Below are positions 1 to 12,309 of a stretch of DNA of 32,000 bases, piece after piece. Each line of letters starts with the position of its first letter. Position 1 is the first letter of the stretch. This stretch comes from an uncultured Chloroflexia bacterium (GTDB taxonomy: Bacteria; Chloroflexota; Anaerolineae; JAAYZQ01): assembly GCA_963749455.1 (NCBI GenBank), contig CAVVMX010000043.1, positions 201,758 through 233,757 on the forward strand. The letters run 5' to 3'. The notes under the pieces are model-generated. The model made no database searches, was not told the DNA's origin, and worked only from the letters and a program-made list of their open reading frames with translations. The position numbers and the translations under genes are program-made.

Positions 1-150
1 GTCATCACCGCCATGGGCGCCGGCAAGCGGGCCGCGGCCGACATCGACCGGTTCCTGCGGGGCGAGAGCGGCGCGCGGTCGCAGAGGAGAAAGCGGCAGC
101 CGCGGCAGGATAACCCTATCCCGACTGAGAAACACCCTCGGACCGTATAG
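1..150 (+). CDS. 3' end of a GltD-like NAD(P)H/FAD oxidoreductase (glutamate synthase small-subunit family); 5' part lies outside the window
   Basis: Frame 1 is open from nt 1 to TAG at 148-150. The translation VITAMGAGKRAAADIDRFLRGES... fits the C-terminal ..AIG.G..AA..I..YL motif of GltD-type flavoproteins. Only 49 aa are visible. Confidence 0.45.
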   Translation, partial: VITAMGAGKRAAADIDRFLRGESGARSQRRKRQPRQDNPIPTEKHPRTV

Positions 151-170
151 GCCGAGGGTGTTTGCTTTTT
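130..170. terminator. Intrinsic terminator hairpin between convergent genes, possibly bidirectional
   Basis: aaacaccctcgg (130-141) and ccgagggtgttt (152-163) form a perfect 12-bp stem with a 10-nt loop, followed by gcttttt. It sits between the stops at 148-150 (+) and 183-185 (-). Confidence 0.7.
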
Positions 171-182
171 CCGTGCGGCGGT

Positions 183-1055
183 CTAGAACCATTTCTCCTG
201 CAACGCGGCCAGCGTCCCATCCTCCCGCATCTCTATCAACACCCGGTTGACTTCTGCCAACAGCCGGAATGCATCCAGCCGCACCGGGATGACATAACTC
301 ACATCGGTGAACGGCTGCGCCCACGATCTGCAGCCCCTGGCACTCGTGCAGGTAGTCCAGCGCCGAGACCTGGTCCACCAGCGCGGCGTCGACCTCGCCC
401 GACTGGAGAGCGCGCAGCACGTCGCCGGCGGTGTCGTAGCGGCGCAGCGACAACGCCTGGAGCAGGAGCCGCTGTTGGCTGTCACCCTCCGGCACAAACC
501 CCCACTCGACGCCCACCACCCGGCCGGGCAGGCTCGCCGAGCCCGGTGATATCTGCCGTCTCATCGCGCACCACGATCACCAGGCCGGCATTGAAATAGG
601 AGATGGCATAGGCCACATCCTCGGTCCGCTCCGCCTCGTAGGGCAGGGCCGACAGGACGGCGTCGCAGCGGCCGGCCAGCAGCGCGTCGTACAGGCTGTC
701 AAACCCGACGGGCACGATCTGGGCACGGATGGCCGGTCCCTCGGGCCGCAGTCGCGCCGCCAGGGCCGAGGCCAGGTCTACGTCCAGGCCCTTGATCTCG
801 CCGGTACGCTCGTCGATGAACTCGAAGGGCGGCCAACTGGGGTCGGTGCACACCCGGATCACGCCGGTCTCCAGGATCCGCTGCCAGGTCAGGTCCTCCG
901 CCTCGGGCCAGACCTCGGACCACCAGCCAGGTGCCGACGGCCAGCAGGGCGGCGAGCAGCAGCCCGACGAGCGGCCAGGCCCATTTGGGCAGCCTCTTCA
1001 GCGGACTTTGGATGTCTCCGAACGACGTCCGGAGTCTAGGCTTGACTCGGCTCAC
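183..1055 (-). CDS. Periplasmic/extracellular solute-binding protein, family 3 (amino-acid ABC type); reading frame interrupted about 3 times
   Basis: The protein can be followed across four pieces. The tail of ORF 699..1748(-) gives a signal/TM segment KWAWPLVGLLLAALLAVG. ORF 482..862(-) reads VIRVCTDPSWPPFEFIDERTGEIKGLDVDLA...YFNAGLVIVVR. An unlisted frame at ~315-530 reads GVEWGFVPEGDSQQ...GEVDAALVDQVSALDY. The tail of ORF 183..497(-) reads YVIPVRLDAFRLLAEVNRVLIEMREDGTLAALQEKWF*. The GTG start at 1055-1053 follows GGGGAGGAG and overlaps the upstream stop (GTGA). Confidence 0.75.
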
Positions 1056-2173
1056 GGCTCCTCCCCACGGGCGTAGCGCTGCACGGCATAGTAGATCGGC
1101 TTGGGGGTGAAATCGGTCGTGACAAAGGTGAAATAGTCCCGGTAGGTGTTGGCCGGGCGCGGGATAGCGAAAGGCCCACACGACAACGGCCCGGCACCAG
1201 GGCCACTCTGCCAGCGCCTTCTCGTAGGCGCGGACGGTAAACGCCGCCCGCTGCGACGGTTGGACCGCCTTGGTCCAGCGCGGATGGTCGTTCCAGCCCC
1301 CCTCGGTGACGTAGACCGGCATGTCGGCGTAGCCGGCGTCGACCAGCATCTGGTGCAGCAGCTCGACGCGGGCCAGGCTGATGTTCGCCGGGTCGGCCGG
1401 GGCGTCGGGCGGCAGCCGCCAGCCGTAGGCGTGGACGGCCAGCCCGTCCATCACCTCGCCGGCGCCGGCCGCCAGCATCCGCTGCAGATAGTCCAGGTCG
1501 TTCATCCCTTCCGGGTCGCCCACCGGCGCCAGCGTGGGGGCCAGCGCCCCGCCCAGGACGATCACGTCCGGGTTGGCCTCCTTGGCGCGCGGATAGACGG
1601 CGCGCAGCAGCTCGGTATAGCCCTGCCGGGTCCACCGGCCGGTAGCCCCACTCCAGGCTGATGTTCGGCTCGTTCCAGACGACGATGTAGTCGACGCGGC
1701 CGCGGAAATGCCGGACAAAGGCGTCGACGAAATCGGCAAAGGCGGCATAGTGCTCCTCGTCGAGGTAGGTGTTCGTGGTCGGCTTGACGTCGGGGTTGGG
1801 CCTGGCCCAGTCGGGAACCATGCCCAGCCGGGCGATGACGGTCAGCCCCTGGCGGCGGGCGTGATCGACCACCAGGTCGGCGTGCGACCAGTCGTAGCGG
1901 CCCGGCGACGGCTCGTAGTAGGCCCACGGGAAAGTACTCGACGATCCACGAGGCGCCCATCTCGCGCACCATCTCCAGGGTGCGCTTGATCTTCCACGGC
2001 TCTACCTCGTCGGTCAGCCGGGTGTGGATGCCCATGATGGGGTTGCGGCTGGTGACCGTCTGCTGCGGGCCGAGGGCGACCAGGGTCGGAGCCGGCGCTC
2101 CGACCAGCAGGACGACGAGCATCGCGAGTGCCGACCGGGCCACTCGGCAGGGCAATATCCTCTTCCGGTCCAT
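1052..2173 (-). CDS. Secreted glycoside hydrolase, clan GH-A (GH5-like (beta/alpha)8 fold); frame interrupted about 3 times
   Basis: Fragments of ORFs 1562..2740(-), 1036..1872(-) and 699..1748(-) join into one protein. The N-terminal signal is MDRKRILPCRVARSALAMLVVLLVGAPA. VVWNEPNISLEWGY carries the acid/base Glu and VYVTEGGWNDHPRW the nucleophile Glu. The C-terminal tail ...YYAVQRYARGEEP* is in a further frame. An extra G at ~1928 breaks EYFPWAYYEPSPGRY. Confidence 0.7.
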
Positions 2174-2180
2174 CTCCGAC

Positions 2181-2209
2181 ATTATACCAGGGATCGCGCT
2201 TCCTGGCAA
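2181..2209 (-). promoter_or_regulatory. Sigma70-type promoter of the hydrolase gene; implies a leaderless mRNA
   Basis: The minus strand reads TTGCCA (2209-2204), a 17-nt spacer ending in TGg, then TATAAT (2186-2181). The ATG at 2173-2171 lies 7 nt after the -10 and there is no SD sequence. Confidence 0.55.
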
Positions 2210-2212
2210 CGG

Positions 2213-2241
2213 TTGACACCCCCTGCCGGAGGTGCTATAAT
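2213..2241 (+). promoter_or_regulatory. Consensus sigma70-type promoter for the GT2-GT4-flippase-epimerase cluster
   Basis: TTGACA (2213-2218), a 17-nt spacer, then TATAAT (2236-2241). It lies ~50 nt upstream of the GGGAGG RBS and the TTG start at 2290. Confidence 0.65.
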
Positions 2242-2289
2242 GGCGGCACTCCCAACTAGGGAGCCTAACTACCCGGACAGGGAGGTTGC

Positions 2290-3292
2290 TTGGACATATC
2301 GGTCGTCGTGCCGGTGCTGAACGAAGAGGAGAGCTATCCCAAGCCTTCACCAACGCCTCACCGAGGCGCTGCAGCATACCGGGCGCAGCTACGAGATCAT
2401 CATCATCGACGACGGCAGCACCGACCGCAGCTTCGAGATCCTCAGCACGCTGCAAGCGGGGGACGAGCACCTGCGGGTGGTGCGCTTCCGGCGCAACTAT
2501 GGCCAGACGGCCGCCTTTGCCGCCGGGTTTGACCGGGCGCAGGGCGACGTGGTGATCACCATCGACGCCGACCTGCAAAACGACCCGGCCGACATCCCCG
2601 CCCTGTTGGCCAAGCTCGACGAGGGGTACGACGTGGTCAGCGGCTGGCGGGCCAACCGCCAGGACCGCTTCCTCGACCGGCGGCTGCCGTCGATAATCGC
2701 CAACGGCCTGATCCGCTGGGCGACCGGGGTACACATCCACGATTATGGCTGCTCGCTAAAGGCCTACCGCCGCGAGGTGCTGGCCGACGTGCAGTTGTAC
2801 GGCGAGCTGCATCGCTTCCTGCCGGCGCTGGCCCACGCCGCCGGCGCCCGCGTCACCGAGATCCCGGTGAACCACCATCCCCGCCGCTTTGGCAAATCCA
2901 AGTATGGCCTGTCGCGCACGCTCAAGGTCATGCTCGACATCCTGGTGGTCCGCTTCCTGATGAGCTATTCCACCCGGCCGATCCACATCTTTGGCCTGCT
3001 GGGGTTGCTGTCGTTCCTGGTCGGCGCGGTGCTGCTGGGCTACCTGGCCGTGGTGCGGCTGTTGCTGTTGCAGCCGATCGCCGAGCGGCCGCTGCTGCTG
3101 TTCGCCATCCTGCTGACGATGCTTGGCGTGCAGTTGGTGACCACCGGCCTGCTGGCCGAGCTGACGAGCCGGACCTATTACGAAAGCCAGGGCAAGTCGA
3201 TCTATACCGTGCGCGAAGAGCTGGGCGAGCCCGGAGGGAGCAGGGTAATGCGGGTAGAAGGGAGCCGCAGGCCGCCTACAAGGTCCTCATGA
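2290..3292 (+). CDS. GT2 polyprenyl-phosphate glycosyltransferase (DPM1/GtrB-like) with two C-terminal TM helices; one frame change near 2335-2345
   Basis: The start of ORF 2290..2532 reads MDISVVVPVLNEEES. It continues in the frame of ORF 2477..3292 as IPSLHQRLTEALQHTGRSYEIIIIDDGSTD...VITIDADLQNDP...HDYGCSLKAYRR...NHHPRRFGKSKYG, followed by hydrophobic helices. A GGGAGG RBS precedes the start. Confidence 0.85.
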
Positions 3293-4480
3293 TCGCTCCC
3301 ACCCCCTTTTTCGCCGACCGGGGGTGTCACGTCCGCATTTACGAGGAGACGCGCGCCCTTCAGGCGCTGGGCTGCCAGGTCGAGATCTGCACCTATCACC
3401 TGGGCGACGACCGGCCCGGGATGACCATCCACCGCACGCCGCGCGTGCCCTGGTACAACAAGCTGTCGGCCGGCCCGTCGTGGCACAAGTTCTATGTCGA
3501 CGCGCTGCTGCTGGTCAAGGCGTGGAGCGTTGCCCGGCAGTTCCGGCCGGACGTGATCCACGGCCACCTGCACGAAGGGGCGGCGATCGGCTGGGTCGTC
3601 GGCCAGCTGCTCGGCATCCCGGTGGTCGGCGATTTTCAGGGCAGCCTGTCGGGCGAGATGAAGGCCCACCGCTTCGCCGGCCGGCACGCCTGGTTCTACC
3701 GCTTTGTGGCCCACAACGAGCGCTGGATCGACCATCTGCCCCAGGTGGCCGTCGCCTCGTGCAGCGACGTGGCCGACGAGCTGGCCGAGCGGTTCGGCGT
3801 CCGTGACGTGATCCTGGCGCTCGATGGGGTGGACACGCAGACCTTTCGCCCCGACGTGGACACCGAGCGAACTGGCGGCCCTGGTGCCGCCGGGTCGGCG
3901 GGCCGTCGTCTACCTGGGCGTGCTGAGCGCTTACCAGGGGGTGGATCACCTCCTGGCGGCGATCCCGCAGGTGCTGGCCCGGGTGCCGGAGGCCTACTTT
4001 CTGGTGATGGGCTATCCCAACGAGGATCACTACAGGCAAAAGGCCGCCGAGCTGGGCGTAGCCGAGCACGTGGCCTTTCCGGGGCGGATCGATTACCGCC
4101 AGGCCGCCCGCTACCTGGCGCTGGGCGAGGTGGCCGTCGGCCCCAAGCTGTCAGAGACCGAGTCGAACGGCAAGCTGTACAACTATATGGCCTGCGCCCT
4201 GCCCACCGTGGCCTTTGACACTCCGCCCAGCCGGGAGATCCTGGGCGACCTGGGCGTCTATGTCCCGCGCGGCGACACGGCAGCCCTGGCGGAGGCGATC
4301 GCCCGCCTGCTGGAGGACCCACAGGGCAGCCGGCAGCTGGGCGCCCGGCTGCGACAGCGGGTGATCGACTGTTTCTCCTGGGACAAGACGGCCCGGCAGT
4401 TGCTGGAGGCGTATGCTCTGGCCATCTCCCGGGAAGACCCTAAGGGTTTCGAAGCCATAGGGTCTGCGAGGAACCCTTAG
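3289..4480 (+). CDS. GT4-family (GT-B, group 1) glycosyltransferase; one frame change near 3860
   Basis: The first ~190 aa come from ORF 3289..4218, then ORF 3824..4480 continues with PSELAALVPPGRRAVVYLGVL...GPKLSETESNGKLYNYMACALPTVAFD. The ATG overlaps the GT2 stop (ATGA at 3289-3292). Confidence 0.8.
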
Positions 4481-4498
4481 GATCTGGGACGGAGACAG

Positions 4499-5458
4499 TT
4501 GGACGAAGCGCAAGAAGCGGCGCAGACCGGATATCTGAACATCCTCAAGATCGTCATCAGCCTGGGTGTGCTGGCGGTGATCGTCAGCAAGGTGGACGTG
4601 GGCCAGACGTTGGAGCACCTGGCCCAGATGGACTGGCTTCCTTTCCTGGCGGCGATGGCTCTCTATCTGGCCGGCATGCTGGTCCGGGCCTATCGCTGGG
4701 GGGTGCTGGTCTGGGCGCTGGGCGTGCGGGTGAGCTGGTGGCGGTTGGTCAAGCTCTATTTCGTGGGGGCCTTTTTCAGCCAGTTCCTGCCCACCGGCGT
4801 GGGCGGTGACGCCGTCAGGGTCTATGAGCTGGCCCACGACAGCCAGCAGACAGCATCTGCCATCAGCTCTGTCCTCGTCGACCGCTTCCTCGGTCTCTTT
4901 TTCCTGTTCGCCATGGCGCTGGTTGCCCTGGTCGTCGGTTCCGAGTTGGTGCCTCCTCAGGTGCGGATCTTGATCGCCGTCGTGTTTGCGGCCAGCTTGA
5001 TCGGCATCGTGCTGTTGCTGCAGCGCACCTGGATCGAACGGTGGGGCCGCAGGCTTGGGGTAGGTCGTCTGCTGGGGCGGATCAAGATCCTGCGCGAGCT
5101 GTACGAGTCGCTCCACCTCTACGGGCCGGCTGCGCTGTTCAAGGCCTCGGTGGCCTCGGTGGTTTTTAACCTGATGCTGATTCTGGCCTATTACCTCCTG
5201 GGCCTGGCCGTGGGCATTCACCAATCGTTGTGGATCTATTTCCTCTTTGTGCCGATCATCTCGGCCCTGTTGCTGGTCCCATCTGTCGGCGGGTTTGGTA
5301 TCCGCGAGGGAGGGACCATCCTCCTGTTCGGCCAGGTGGGGGTGGACGAGGCCCATGCGCTGGCCCTGGCGGCTGCCTACGACATCGGCGTCCTGTTGAC
5401 CGGCCTGATCGGCGTGATTATCTATGTCATCCAAAGCATACAGGAGGCGCGCAAATGA
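4499..5458 (+). CDS. Flippase-like / lysylphosphatidylglycerol-synthase TM-region family (UPF0104) integral membrane protein; intact frame
   Basis: A single ORF of 319 aa with about 8 hydrophobic helices. It carries the characteristic RAYRW...FFSQFLPTGVGGDAVRVYEL motif. The TTG start is tentative because the GGAGA lies only 3 nt upstream. Confidence 0.7.
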   Translation: MDEAQEAAQTGYLNILKIVISLGVLAVIVSKVDVGQTLEHLAQMDWLPFLAAMALYLAGMLVRAYRWGVLVWALGVRVSWWRLVKLYFVGAFFSQFLPTGVGGDAVRVYELAHDSQQTASAISSVLVDRFLGLFFLFAMALVALVVGSELVPPQVRILIAVVFAASLIGIVLLLQRTWIERWGRRLGVGRLLGRIKILRELYESLHLYGPAALFKASVASVVFNLMLILAYYLLGLAVGIHQSLWIYFLFVPIISALLLVPSVGGFGIREGGTILLFGQVGVDEAHALALAAAYDIGVLLTGLIGVIIYVIQSIQEARK

Positions 5459-6413
5459 ATCAAGCCCTGGTGACCGGTGTGGCAGGCTTTATCGGCTCCA
5501 ACCTGGCCGAGCGGCTGCTGGCCGACGGCTGGCAGGTGACCGGCGTGGACTGCTTCACCGACTATTACTCCCGCTCCATCAAGGAGCGGAACCTGGCGGC
5601 ATTCCAGGACCATCCCCGATTTTACCTTCGTCGAGGCCGACCTGGCGACCGGAGTGCCGACCTGGCGCCGCTGGTCGCCGGCGTCGACACCGTGTTTCAC
5701 GAGGCAGGCCAGGCGGGGTGCGGGCCAGTTGGGGTACCAGCTTTGAGGTCTATATCCACGACAACGTGCTCGCCACGCAGCGGTTGCTGGAGGCGGTCAA
5801 GGGCAGCGGCCTGCATCGCTTTGTCTATGCCTCGTCGAGCTCGATCTATGGCGACGTCGAGGCGCTGCCGATCCGCGAGGACACACTGCCCCATCCTGTG
5901 TCGCCCTACGGCGTGACCAAGCTGGCCGCCGAGCACCTGTGCCACCTCTACCGCGTCAACTGGGGCGTGCCGACCGTCAGCCTGCGCTACTTTACCGTCT
6001 ACGGCCCCCGCCAGCGGCCTGACATGGCCTTCCACAAGTTCATCCGGGCCATGCTGCGCGACGAGCCGTTCCCGCTCTACGGCGACGGCGAGCAGACGCG
6101 CGACTTTACCTTCATCGACGACGTGGTCGAGGCGAACGTCCGCGCTGTCGATGCGCCGCCGGGGGGTGTGTTCAACGTCTCCGGCGGGTCGCGGGTGACC
6201 GTTAACCAGGTCATCGCCACGCTGGAAGATCTGATCGGCCGGCCGGCCAGGCTGGATCGCCACGGCTGGCAGGCCGGCGATCAGCATCACACCTGGGCCG
6301 ATGCCTCGGCCGCACGGCAGGTCCTGGGCTTTGTGCCCAAGGTCGCCCTGCGCGATGGGCTGGCCGCCGAGGTTGCCTGGCTGCGCGAAATTCGTCTGAC
6401 CTGTAGCCACTAG
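5455..6413 (+). CDS. NAD-dependent sugar-nucleotide epimerase/dehydratase (extended SDR); about 3 frame changes between 5620 and 5720
   Basis: Motifs are MNQALVTGVAGFIGSNL (Rossmann fold), YASSSSIYG and SPYGVTKLAAE (YxxxK). Removing one T from the run at 5620-5623 and adding one G to the run at 5715-5718 restores ..HPRFTFVEADL.. and ..QAGVRASWGTSFEVY... The ATG overlaps the upstream stop (ATGA at 5455-5458). Confidence 0.85.
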
Positions 6414-6417
6414 CCGG

Positions 6418-6446
6418 TTGGACTTTGGCCGGCTGTGTGCTATACT
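6418..6446 (+). promoter_or_regulatory. Sigma70-type promoter upstream of pfk-guaB
   Basis: TTGGAC (6418-6423), a 17-nt spacer, then TATACT (6441-6446). A GGAGG RBS lies near 6508 before the ATG at 6524. Confidence 0.55.
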
Positions 6447-6523
6447 GAAATATCGACGAACACCGAAATACAACAGCCGGCGGCATCGCCAGCGGCCAGC
6501 CGTCTTGCGGAGGTAAAGCAAAA

Positions 6524-7710
6524 ATGACTAGAGCGAAAAAACTGGGCATCCTGACCGGCGGCGGCGACGTACCCGGCCTCAACGTTGCCATGAAAGCAGT
6601 AGTCGAAAGGGCCCACGACGAAGGCTGGGAGACGATAGGCATCCGCAGAGGATGGGGCGGGCTGCTGCACTGCAACCTGGACAGCCCTCACGGCGCGCAA
6701 GAACCTGTTTACCCCTTTGAACCCAAGCATCGTGCGCACCATCGACCGCAGCGGCGGCACCTTCCTGCACACCTCGCGCACCAATCCGCAGCGGGTCAAA
6801 GGATCCGAGGTGCCCGATTTCCTGCAGGGCACCGCTGCGCCCGTCGAAGGCGAAGGCAGACAAGGCGATCTATGACTTTACCGCCCCACGTCCTCAAGGT
6901 GCTGCGAGGCCCTGGAGATCGACGCCCTGGTCCCGATCGGCGGCGACGACACCCTGTCCTTTGCCGCGCGGCTGCACAACGAAGGGCTTCCCGGTGGTGG
7001 CCATCCCCAAGACGATGGACAACGACGTGTACGGCACCGACTATTGCATCGGCTTTTCGACGGCCGTGACGCGCAGCGTAGAGTTTATCACCTCCCTGCG
7101 CACGCCCAGCGGCTCGCACGAGCGGATCGCGATCGTGGAGCTGTTTGGCCGCAACTCGGGCGAGACATCGCTCATCTCGGCCTACCTGGCCGACGTCGAC
7201 CGGGCCATCATCTCCGAGGTGCCCTTTGACATCGAAAAGCTGGCGATGTTGCTGGTCCAGGACAAGCACGCCAACCCCAGCAACTATGCCATCATGACCA
7301 TCTCCGAAGGGGCGCGGGAGATGGAAGGCGACCTGATCCACTATGGCGGCGACGAGGACGCCTACGGCCACAAGAAGCTGGGCGGCATCGGCGCGCTGGT
7401 CGGCGAGAAGCTGAAGAAGCTGACCGGCGAGAACATCATCTACCAGCAGCTCGGCTACCTGATGCGCAGCGGCGCCCCCGACTCGCTGGACCGCATGGTG
7501 GCGGTCAGCTACGGGCTGCTGGCGATGGACCTGGTGGCCGGAGGGCGGTCGGGGCGGATGGTGGCCCTGCGCGACGGCGTCTATACCCACGTGCCGCTCA
7601 ACCGCGTCATCTCGGGCACCAAGCGGGTGGACGTGGACGAGATGTACGACGTGGAGCAGTACCGGCCCAAGATCGCCGACATGCTCGGCAAGCCGATGTT
7701 CCTGTACTAG
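6524..7710 (+). CDS. pfkA: 6-phosphofructokinase (PfkA family); about 5 frame changes between 6700 and 7000
   Basis: ORF 6524..7069 starts [23 protein letters not shown]. Middle pieces in other frames read [21 protein letters not shown] and [24 protein letters not shown] 6961..7710 carries [14 protein letters not shown]...[11 protein letters not shown]...GYLMRSG. Confidence 0.85.
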
Positions 7711-7714
7711 TCCC

Positions 7715-10003
<2,289 letters not shown>

Positions 10004-10004
<1 letters not shown>

Positions 10005-10724
10005 TGGGCACCCTGTACGTCGTCGGCACGCCAATCGGCAACCTGGAGGACATCAGCGCCCGGGCGCTGGAGATCCTGCGCCAGGTCAGCCTGATCGCGT
10101 CTGAAAACCCGCAGCGCACGCAGCGCCTGCTGGCCCGCTACGACATCCACACCCCGATGGCCCGCTACACCGACGCCTACCAGCGCCAGAAAAAGCGCCG
10201 GATGGAGGCCGTGCTGGCCGCCCTGGAGCAGGGCGACGTGGCCCTGGTGTCAGAGGCAGGCATGCCCGGCCTGTCGGACCCCGGCTTTGAGCTGTTGCAG
10301 GCGGCGCTGGAGCAGGGCGTGGAGGTGATCCCCATCCCCGGACCAACCGCACTCGGCGCTGCCCTGTCGGTGGCAGGCGATGCCCGGCGAGCGCTTTGCT
10401 TTCCTCGGCTTTCTGCCGCGCACCATGGCCGCCCGCCGTGGCCTGCTGGCCGAGTGGATCGCCTTTCCCTACACCCTGGTGGCCTACGAGGCGCCCCATC
10501 GCCTGGTCGATACCCTGGCCGATGTGGAAGCCCTGTTCGGCGAGCGGGCCGTCGTCGTCTGTGGCGACCTGACCAAGCTGTACGAAGAGGTCCGGCGGGG
10601 CACGGCGGCCGATCTGCTGGCCCATTTCCGCCAGCACGCGCCCAGGGGGGAATACACGCTGGTGATTGCCGGCACGAGGCCGCCACTCCCTGCGGTCGCA
10701 TGCGGCACGAGGAGCGAACCATGA
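10004..10724 (+). CDS. rsmI: 16S rRNA (cytidine1402-2'-O)-methyltransferase RsmI; one frame change near 10375
   Basis: MGTLYVVGTPIGNLEDISARALEILRQV...SEAGMPGLSDPGFELL...IPGPTA comes from ORF 10001..., and LPGERFAFLGFLP...YEAPHRL.. from ORF 10380..10724. The ATG overlaps the upstream stop (TGATG at 10002-10006). Confidence 0.85.
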
Positions 10725-11813
10725 TCGAGACCGCCCACGGCCCCCTTCACCTGCCGGCCTACTTTCCCGACGCGACGCGGGCCGTGGTCCGCAGCGTCGA
10801 CAGCCGCGACCTGGAAGCGTGCGGCGTGCAGGGCGTGGTGGTCAACGCCTTCCACCTGTCGGCCCATCCCGGCGCCGGGCTGCTCAAGCGCGCCGGCGGC
10901 GTCCATGCCTTCATGGGCTGGCCCCGCCCGGTCGCCTCCGACTCGGGCGGGTTCCAGCTCATGTCGATGATCCGCGAGAACCCCCGCTACGGCACGGTCT
11001 CGGCGCGGGGGATCCATTTCGTCGACGCCGACGGCACCCGGGAGCGGACCCTGTTCACGCCGGAGCGGAGCATCCGGCTGCAGTTCGACCTGGGGGCCGA
11101 CCTGATGATCTGCCTGGACGATTGCCCCAGCCCGACCGCCTCGCGTGAGGAGGTTGCAGATCTCGGTCGAGCGGACGGTGCAGTGGGCCGGGCGCTGCCG
11201 GGCCGAGTTCGACCGGCTCCTGGCGGCTCGGAAGAGGGACCACAGCGCCGACGGCCCCTGTTGTTTGGCGTCGTCCAGGGCGGCTACGATCCGGCGCTGC
11301 GCCGGCGCTGCGCCGAGGAGCTCCTGCCGTTGGGGTTCGACGGATTTGGCTTTGGCGGCTGGCCGCTCACGCCCGCAGGGGACCTGGCGGAGGAGATCCT
11401 GGCCCTGACGCGCCAGAGCCTGATCCCCGACCCGCTGCCCAGGTTTGCCCTGGGGGTCGGCAAGCCGGAGCACATCGTGCGCTGCTACCAGATGGGCTGG
11501 CGCATCTTTGACACCGTGCTGCCGACGCGCGACGCGCGCCACCAGCGGCTCTACGCCTTTGACGCACCCGAGCCTGGATCAGGTGGACGTCCGGGCCACC
11601 AGCTTTTACCATTTTGTGTACGCCGGGGACAAAAAGCACACGCGGCAGACGGGGCCGATCTCGACGGCGTGCGACTGTCCCTGTTGCCGGGACTATTCCC
11701 TGGCCTATCTGCACCATCTGTTCGACGTAAACGACGTGCTGGCCTATCGGCTGGCGACGCTGCACAACCTGCGGTTCTATACCCAGTTGCTGGAGCTTGT
11801 TTCCAAGCTCTGA
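10721..11813 (+). CDS. Divergent tRNA-guanine transglycosylase (TGT) family protein; about 3 frame changes
   Basis: Motifs are WPRPVASDSGGFQLMS, FDLGADLMICLDDCP, LLFGVVQGGYD, ALGVGKPEHIV, IFDTVLPTRDARH and the Zn site CDCPCCRDYSLAYLHHL. The pieces come from ORFs 10001.., 11145.. and 11445..11813. The ATG overlaps the rsmI stop (ATGA at 10721-10724). It lacks the first ~20 aa of canonical Tgt and reads GFGFGGWPLTP where bacterial Tgt has GYAVGGLAVGE. Confidence 0.75.
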
Positions 11814-11823
11814 GGAGGTTCCA

Positions 11824-12293
11824 ATGGAAGGTTTTACCCTGGAAGGATCTGAACAGCTTTGTCGTCCACGCCAAGGCGGCGACCTATGTGGGCGGCGGCA
11901 CCCGCAGCCTGTCCTACCGGCCCGGCTCCCACGATCTCCAGTTCCACGAAGGCAGCTTTTCCTACCTGGACAGCTACTTTGGCGGGGCCGATTTTATCGG
12001 CCAGGAGGTCGTCTACTTTGAGGGCCGGCCGGTGTGGGCCATGAACTACTACGGCCGCATCCTGGAGCCGGCCAGAATCGAGGCCCAGGAGGCAGGCCAG
12101 GTCATCCAGCACAGCCTGTCCGAGATGTACCGGCAGGGCCGCTTTCTGGGCGGATTCGAGCACGCCGTGGGCAGACAGCACCTACGTGGACAGCAACGAA
12201 GGCGCCGTCGATTCGTTCACCGGCATCGAGCGGATCATGCGCGACGGCGTGGAGGTGTACCGGCTCGTCTACCACGGCGGCCTGATCAAATAG
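11824..12293 (+). CDS. Small conserved protein of unknown function (possibly DUF5680-like); about 2 frame changes
   Basis: The ATG at 11824 lies 6 nt after GAGGAGG. The conserved-looking sequence VLPWKDLNSFVVHAKAATYVGGGTRSLSYRPGSHDLQFHEGSFSYLDSYFGGADFIGQEVVYFEGRPVWAMNYYGRIL is read in the frame of ORF 10001..12634. The tail DSTYVDSNEGAVDSFTGIERIMRDGVEVYRLVYHGGLIK* is in another frame. The family assignment is from memory only. Confidence 0.5.
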
Positions 12294-12309
12294 ACCGCAG
12301 ATCGCCGGC

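Noticed and set aside
4151-5434. 427-aa minus-strand ORF
   Set aside because: It is antisense to the intact flippase-like membrane protein. The composition is biased (Q/D/H/R/P-rich), there is no recognisable motif, and it is a typical GC shadow ORF.
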